A stretch of DNA of 64,000 bases from the human T2T-CHM13v2.0 reference genome, Homo sapiens, in NCBI RefSeq assembly GCF_009914755.1, contig NC_060942.1; one strand, given 5' to 3'. Each line of letters begins with the position of its first letter. Position 1 is the stretch's first letter. Below are positions 56,072-64,000 of the stretch, one piece after another. The translations under genes and the position numbers were made by a program. The notes beneath the pieces are model-generated. The model was not told the DNA's origin. It saw nothing but the letters and a program-made list of their open reading frames with translations, and did no database searches.

Positions 56072-57412
56072 GCCTGTGTTCTACAAGCCTTTTGTATATA
56101 ACTGAGTTACAAAATATAACATAGCTTCATTTACTGGAAGTCATCTTCCCTTCTTAGGTGTCTTAAAGTATTTGGTTATTGTGCTGCTAGCATTATTAAA
56201 TTGTGTTCATTCCTTCAAAGACAAATACCTGATTCGCTAACATCAACTTGACCCTAATGTCACTGCTCCCTTGCCTTGCTGTATATACAGAAAATTTTCT
56301 TTTAAGGTCAGGTTATAGTGTAATATTTTTAAATTTTACAAAGAAATTAAACCCCAAATGTGTAGTATTAATAGAACTGAGAATTTTTTTTTAGTCACAA
56401 TGTTTTGAACACCTATGACCTAGTTCATGCAAGCATAGGCAGTAGTAACTATTTAATGACTGCTACCTGACAGTGGGATAGTGTGAGTTGTTAATTGTTA
56501 GATGTATCTCACTTTCAGAGAAATATGGGAAATGTTTGCATGTTGAAATCAATGGCATATGATGTGTGTTACATAAATCAGTATATATGTATGTGTATAC
56601 TTAAAGTGCATAATAGTTATACCTAAAACAATTTACTTAGGGGAAAGATCAGGTCCAGCACTCTTCTAGAAAATATCTAAAAAGAGCAAAGTCTTAAAAG
56701 TGAGATGACAGATAAATACAGAGTAAAAAGCAGAAATATTAATGTATCCATAATTCATGTCTTAAAGGGAAAAAAGGTAAAGAAGGAAACATATTTAATG
56801 AAATAATAATTACAGATTTCCTTGAATTAAATAAAGATATTGGGTCTTACTTGAAAAGTTATGTAGAGTTTCAAAGTTATATTATAAGAAAAAGAAAAAA
56901 AACCACTCCAAACCACAAAGGAATTACAGAAAAAATTAAAATTAAAAAAGATGCATTCTAAAAATCACTCAAAAATGCAAATTTCCTAGGAAGATACAGG
57001 TATTAGTTGATATCAGACTTTTCAACAATGTTCTGAATGCAAGAATATGGACTAATATTTTCAAATTGATAAGGAAAAAGAACTTTGCATAAGGAATTAA
57101 ATAGCTTAATAAACTATCATCTAAATCTGAGTGGCAAATAAATGTATTCTCAATATAGATTTAACTTTATAGAATAAAGATGGAGGGTGGGTTCGGTAAT
57201 TCAGTAAAATGGAGAACATACCAAGGTTCTTGTAGCACATCTATGTGTATTTCATGAAAGTCGTAGATATTGATGAGCATAAAAAATGATAGAGAAAATT
57301 AAGTAAGGGTACATTTTAATAAGATTTAAGTTCTAGAAACAAAAGTCTGATTCATATAGTGGAAGGTAGGAAAAGACACAATATTAAGCACAAAATAAGA
57401 CTGCAGAAGTCA

Positions 57413-57637
57413 TTTTTTTTCTTTTTTCTCTTTTTTTTTAAGATAGAGTCTCACTTTGTCGCCCAGCCTGGAGTGCAGCGACACGATCTCGGCTCACTGC
57501 AAGCTCCGCCTCCCAGGTTCACACCATTCTCTTGCCTCAGCCTCCCCAGTAGCTGAGACTACAGGTGCCCACCACCACGCCAAGCTAATTTTTTGTATTT
57601 TTAGTAGAGACAGGGTTTCACCATGTTAGCCAGGATG
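57413..57637 (-). mobile_element. 5'-truncated AluY
   Basis: ctgcaagctccgcctcccaggttcacaccattct, gttagccaggatg; TSD tgcagaagtcattttt / tgcagaaataattttt. Confidence 0.92.
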
Positions 57638-58166
57638 CAGAAATAATTTTTAACATGACAAAAATGATAAGAAATGTAAATACATCAAACTTAGCCTGAG
57701 AGAGGACCCTTACATTGCATCAACAATATAATCTAATACTATTTTGCTAGGAATGATTTAAACAAGCATGTCATAAAAAGCTTAAATTAAAAAGGTAGAA
57801 AAACCTGTACCAAAAGAAAGCCTTAAGTGCCAAAGAAACTTGTGATAAAAACATTAGAAGAGACAAAGAATAGCAGTACATGTCGATAAATGGAAAAATC
57901 AACTTATACTCCTTTAAATAGCAGCCCAAAATTGAAAAAGCAAAAATTCTAGAACCTAGAAGAGAAGCCTGAACTACGACAAAGTGGGGGATTCTAACAT
58001 GCCCTTCTCAAACACTGAAAGATAACAATTATTTTTAATATGTAAAGGTGCTATAGGTATGAATAAGAAATGAAATTTGGACTAATATATTATGAACACG
58101 CTCACTCATTAACCCGAAAAACAAAGAAAGCTGTTTTTTTTTGGAGGAATCGCATGCACTATTCAT

Positions 58167-58212
58167 ACACACACACACACACAAACACACACTCACACAC
58201 ACAAACACACAC
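58167..58212. repeat. Imperfect (CA)n
   Basis: Direct reading. Confidence 0.9.
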
Positions 58213-58266
58213 AAAATTGGCCATGGGGTAGGCTATCTGCAAAGGGAGCATGGTATGTTTTAAATA

Positions 58267-58608
58267 CAGTCATGCATCACTTAACAAAAAGAATACATTC
58301 TGAGAAAATAGTCCTTAGGCAATTTCATCATTGTGTGAACATCATAGTGTGCACTTATAGAAATCTTGATGGTATAGCTTACTGCACACCTAGGCTGTAC
58401 GGTATAGCCTACTGCTTGTAGGCTACAAACCGGTACAACATGTTACTACTGTACTGACTACTGTAGGCAATTGTAACACAATGGTAAGTATTTGTCTACC
58501 TAAACATATCTTAACATAGACAAGGTACAATAAAAAGATGGCATTATAATATTATGGGACTACCTTTGTTTAGGTGATCCATTGTTGACCAAAATGTTGT
58601 AATTACTG
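58267..58608 (+). mobile_element. Tigger3a (MER7A-type) non-autonomous DNA transposon
   Basis: TA|cagtcatgcatcacttaac...acattctgagaaa...acacctaggct...ctg|TA. Confidence 0.9.
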
Positions 58609-59289
58609 TAGTCAATATCATGAAGACAAGATTCTTAAACCATACTTTAAAAAAAAAAGAAAAACCTAGCACATCCATATCTAAATACCAGAAATGGGAG
58701 ATTACACGACACTTCCCAGTAAAATAATATTTCTCCTTCTCTCTTTTTTTCTTCTCTGCATACAGCCCACCCAACACCACTCTCTTCCCTCACCTGCCCC
58801 TTCTGATCATGCCCCTACTTCTTCTCGAAGCCGGTGCTCTAGACTGCTGGCTGGCACTGCTCTCATGGGGAGCAACCCATTGGTATTTTCCATCTTATTT
58901 CAGGTGGAACTGGAAACAGTTGCAGAGAAAAAGACAAAAAGAAAGACATATGTTTCCCTTGATCCAATTTATACATGTTGATTATACAAGTTGCTTTTTT
59001 TCTTCATTTTTTAAAAGATCTGTTTTATTGGCCACAAATTCTACATCTCTTAGGAAGGAGGGGGAAGATTTGATGACTTGCAGCTCTCTCTTTGACTTTG
59101 CAGGAACCAGAGACTTTTGGATTGCTCCAGGGCTTTTTCTATAATCGGGCAATAGGTATGCAGTTCAGGAAGCATTCCCACAGAGAACCTACATAGGTTA
59201 TCAAGAGGGTGTACCTGTCTGCAAATCAACTATGCAATTCCTAGAACAGTTGAATAATTGGCTGGGGATTTTATCTATTCCTGTGGCCG

Positions 59290-59567
59290 ATGCCAATAAG
59301 TGAGTGTGTTTATTAACAATTTATTTACAGAACATAGATTGATTTCACTGGGACTGCATGGCCAGCCACTGCAAAGAGGAAGTAAATGACTTCTTCCAAA
59401 GCTTTTAGGAATCCACTATCGTCAAGAAGTCGGTATATATTGGAAGCGAATATCAGGATGTAGGAGTAAAGTGATGGGCATTGTAATAAAGAACACAAAA
59501 TGAAATCTGCCTGAAACCAAACCAGCATACATTTTGATGTACATATGAACAATGAAATGTGCACCAT
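59290..59567 (-). other. Candidate 3'-terminal exon
   Basis: Acceptor ccctctttcctttatttcag|ATG, 80-codon open frame ending at 59325, AATAAA at 59314-59309. Signals only. Confidence 0.3.
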
Positions 59568-60634
59568 CTGAAATAAAGGAAAGAGGGCACAAGTCAAGTA
59601 ATGTCAATCACCTAATTTATGCTAACGATATTGAGGACAATTATGATGGGGGTTGTATATTGGTAAAAAGTAAGAATTTGATATTCCTTAATTGGAGAGG
59701 GTGATATTCATGAAAATGAGAGAGACAGATGACAAATTAGGATAAAAACACTAGTTTAGTTTAAAATATATACCATTTGAGTAAACCAAAAAATGATAGG
59801 ATCAGGATCCAAAGAGAAAGTATTTTTCTTGCCTGTTAAACTTAATCAGGTGCAAATCTGAAGCTCATGGCAGGAAAAGAAACTTACATTTAAACATGTC
59901 AGTGTCAGTATGCAAGGAAATCATTTCATCCTGTGCAACATCACATTTTCAAGATATATTATTACCTGATTTTAAAAACAAAATAAAAATTCAATCTTGT
60001 ATTTGGGAAACATTCTAATACTAGAGGGAGTAGAATGGCTGTAGATAAAAATAAATGGAAAGTGGTAATAGGTAATATATTTTAAAAATGACTGTGAGTA
60101 CTGAGGCATTATTTTTTCTTCTGTGAAAACATTTATACTCATTCTGGGGAATATGGAACAGTGATGTACCCCAAAGTATTAATAATTTATGTGGCCTGAA
60201 TGTTGTTGTACTTTATAGCTAAAATGAATTGTTAGTTTATTTGGTTCCTGCCAAATATACATATATGTGTATAAATATATAAAATTTTAGGTGACAATTA
60301 TGGCATATAAATATAAGATTTGGGTTATACAAAAAATAATAGAAAAAGACTATTATTTTAGCAATTTAAAATTATGAAATTATTATTCACTTTTGCTTGC
60401 TTCATGTTTATCAAGATTTGAGCTTTGGAAACAGTGTCAACTATTTACTATTTATCCACTAAATGATCAAATTGTAACTATTGAATCCTTGCTCTTGACA
60501 GAAAAGGTTTTAAATCCTGAGCCCTAGATGTTGTGATTATATATGTTAGCAAAGACATTAAGTATGAAAAGGCAATAATTTTCTCACAGCTAAGCCAAGT
60601 GAAATTTTCTCCCCTGCAGTTCCGCAATATCTAA

Positions 60635-61225
60635 TATGTATGAAAATGAATATACCCTGTAACTCAGGATTCCATTTGTGGCTATTTACTTTAGAGAAAC
60701 TCATGTGCATGGGCATAAGGGAATCCATTTATTACAATATTATTTATTATGATGAAAAATCAGGAATGATTCCAACTTTCAGGGTTTACATAAATTGTAG
60801 TATGTGCTTATGGAGGAGTAACATACTCCTCCATAATGAATAATGTAGATCTAGAAATTAGGCCTATATTTATCCTCATGGCTAGGTATTAAAAACAGTG
60901 CTGAGTTAGATAAAATATTTTCATCTGTCACTCATGACAATAAAGAATATACTCTTCAAAAATATATATATTTATGGAGACACACATACATACACACACA
61001 CACTGGAAGGATACATACTGAATTTATAATAGTTTCCTCTAAAGAGGGAAGGGGAAGAATAGGATAGTAAAGGAAACAACTTATTGTGTATAATGTTTTA
61101 TATTTTTAACTTGTAATATTTAAGGGAACAATGACAAAGAATCAATACTGCTGTATTATAACTTGTAGAAGTATGAAAATTATTGACTTATTCTTTGAAA
61201 TTATCTGATCTATTTAATTTTTTAA
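60635..61225 (+). mobile_element. L1ME-type 3' end
   Basis: tataccctgtaactcaggattccattt...tttagagaaact; ctggaaggatacatac. Confidence 0.65.
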
Positions 61226-61938
61226 AATTGCTCTCGTAATCATGACTCACAAATGGAGGGATCTGCCTCTACTACATTCTGAGTCATAGCACATAATATT
61301 TGAAATAAGGCTGACATTACAATAAAAAGTATATTACTAAGAAAGTGCCAAAGTAAATATTTATTTACAAATATTGTAATGACAGTCATGGTAAAAATAT
61401 CTGAAAAAATAAGCTGAAAATGGATAATGAAGTTACATTTTATGGAAATGTCAAATCAAGCTTGTCATTTTGGAGGACATTAAAAAAATAAAAAAGGTGT
61501 CAAATTAGCAAAAATCTTAGCACTTCTTATTATTTCCTAGAATTTGGGTCTTTTGCATTGGTCAGTTGCATCTAGATTTGGACTTTGCTTCATTGGATTG
61601 TTGAAATGGAAATCGTTGTTAGAGAGATAAATAATGCAGCGTTATTTGTTGTTCAGGACAAAGTTGATGGATATGTGTCAACAAGAATGACAGAGAAAGG
61701 GTACTTTTCAAGGCTTCTGCTCTCTTGTGAACTTGCATGACTCTCCATACACTTAAGGAATTTCTATGTGTCAATGCTCTAAGGAGCAAACAGTGTTTGT
61801 AATGGAAATACACCAAGATTCCATTATTAGAGCAAAGAATAAATTTAACACATACAACACTTGGACCTCTGTTTTCCCTCTCCTGAAATTCTAAGGAAAA
61901 ATAATAGAAAAGGTGGTTATTAAAGGGAAAAAAAGTGA

Positions 61939-61977
61939 TGTGTGTGTGTGTGTGAGCGCATGTGTGCATGTGTGTGT
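61939..61977. repeat. Imperfect (TG)n
   Basis: Direct reading. Confidence 0.85.
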
Positions 61978-62893
61978 TTAGGGAAGAGATAAATAATATT
62001 ATCTCGATTAAGGAATAAAAATGCTTAATAAATAGGTTATTCCAGAACAAGTGGGCACTACTGCTAATTAGACCAAACTAATCTTAGGGCTTTCCATCCA
62101 TTAATCTGAGCTGGTACAGTAAAATTAATTATGAAGCTGAGTTTAAAAGCCATAAATGACTAGATTATAATTCTGACAAGCATAGTACTTAATGATGTAA
62201 CAATTATGCATTGTGTCTGTGTTGCTTGGAAAATCTTTGCCTGACTACACACTGTTGAGGACATATTATCATCTAGACAAAGGTTGACGATACAAAAGAT
62301 TTATTTTAATCTGACTGATAGCATCATCTTAAATGTATGGGAAGTTGAGCTCTCAGAGATAGTTACTTCTGCCTGAAACCCTGTTCTTCTGTGGCAGCAT
62401 CTATTGTATTGACAATTCAGGAAAATTTTATATCATTACTGATTTATATGGAATATTTTACCAGAAAGAGAGTGTGATTTTCGTTTGACTATTTCTAATA
62501 TTTTCCAGAATTTAGTTTTACAATAAAGTTTAGATATCAAAATCTGTAAAGGAAAAATTATACATAAAATGTACCAATTTTCTCTCTTTTAAAATGTGCA
62601 TATGACCGATTTGAACCTTCAAAACTCACTGGAAAGCATATGAAAAATAAAACGTTCAGTTGATGTCATTTAAATTAGTATATTGAGAAAATTATTGCTA
62701 TTGTTCTCCAAGACACAATTTGGCAAAATACTAAATTAGCAAGTAGAGATAGATAGAATGCACCACTTTTTACGTTTACCCTTCTCATGTTTAAGATCAA
62801 TTAATTTTTCCTGAAATAATTGCAGTTTCAGCATCTAATATATTATCTCACCTGTTGTTCATATTTTATTTACTCCTTATTTGAAAATAATGA

Positions 62894-63196
<303 letters not shown>

Positions 63197-63379
63197 GAAA
63201 ATAATGAATTACATTTTATTTACTTTTTGCTATTTTTTGTTGTATTTTTCATTTAGGACTAAGTTTTTTCCAGTAAGAGTCAGTATGATGAAGGGAGTGA
63301 AGACCTAGAGTACCCCAAGTATGAGTGTGATAGAGAAAATGATTGTTGTTCCTGTTTCTACTCAATTTTTAAAATCTAT

Positions 63380-64000
63380 TATGATCACTGATGTCTAACC
63401 TCCTTGTCTCTCAGTTTGATAGGAATCTTCTAGTACTCACTTTAATTGGCCTCTTAGTAATATCCAACATTTTAAAATTCTCATTCTTTGATATATTCTC
63501 CCCCGTACACATCACTTTCTTAAATTTCTTCTGACATCTTTGGTCATTCTTTAGCTCGTCTTTTGGAAATGTCCCTTTGTATATGGTCATTAAATGTTTG
63601 ACATACTCAAAGTTTATTCCCAGATCTGCTCTATTCTCATTTCATAATGTCTTTATAATGTATGGCATCCACATTGCTTCAATTTCTACCAGCATCTCAG
63701 CAACTGACATAATTCAACCACTAGTTTAGAACTTGTTGAACTAAACATTTCAATTCGGATTTCTCAAAGGTGCTTCAAACTTAGTGTGCTGAAAACTAAA
63801 TTTATTCATCCCCCCCAAAATCTGCAAAAGGAATCTTCATAGGAGTCATCCTTAACACATCCTTCTCCCACACCTTAAATCCTACATTCATTTCTAAATT
63901 TTTTCCTAATCTTTCTACTTACCTGGAACTTACCACCACCTTAATGCAAACTATTGTTCACGCTAAACTACATTAAAACAGTACCTTTCCAAGAGATTTG
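63380..64000 (+). mobile_element. L2 fragment
   Basis: ctcaaaggtgcttcaaacttagtgtgctgaaaactaaa; ggagtcatccttaacacatccttctccc. Confidence 0.7.

Larger units (their letters stand above)
56690..58235 (+). mobile_element. Ancient L1M/HAL1-like ORF1 and ORF2-endonuclease remnant
   Basis: A-rich; atatcagacttttcaacaa...aatattttcaaa; gtgggggattctaacatgcccttctca. Confidence 0.6.

Noticed and set aside
61619-62050. Longest ORF in the track (143 aa)
   Set aside because: Non-ATG start, crosses a (CA)n tract (HTHTH), low-complexity composition, no recognisable domain
63916-63926. tacttacctgg matching the U1 snRNA 5' end
   Set aside because: Only 11 nt match with no U1 body; better read as a minus-strand splice donor motif

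Overview
AT-rich, CpG-depleted primate genomic DNA. AluY copies point to a catarrhine and it is probably human, but the sequence alone cannot prove the species. It is not prokaryotic. Roughly half or more of the window is fossil transposable elements: about 13 Alus, many L1/L2/MIR pieces, one L3/CR1, a MamSINE1-like SINE, MaLR and ERV LTRs, two decayed ERV-L proviruses (about 19.0-27.1 kb and 36.2-39.6 kb), a full-length Tigger1 and a Tigger3a. I find no recognisable cellular protein-coding gene, rRNA, tRNA or CRISPR array. The ORF track is chance ORFs plus TE relics; the only real protein homologies are HERV-L gag/PR/RT/IN/dUTPase, Tigger1 transposase and L1 ORF2. The window looks like a gene desert or a large intron. 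The best leads are a candidate minus-strand terminal exon near 59.3-59.6 kb, a 31-nt candidate microexon at 8.26 kb, an exact DUX4-type motif in the HERV-L LTR, a twin-primed L1, deep TE nests and several repeat-free enhancer-like islands. I see no evidence for a wholly new biological system. Family and subfamily names come from recalled consensus sequences and need RepeatMasker/Dfam confirmation.
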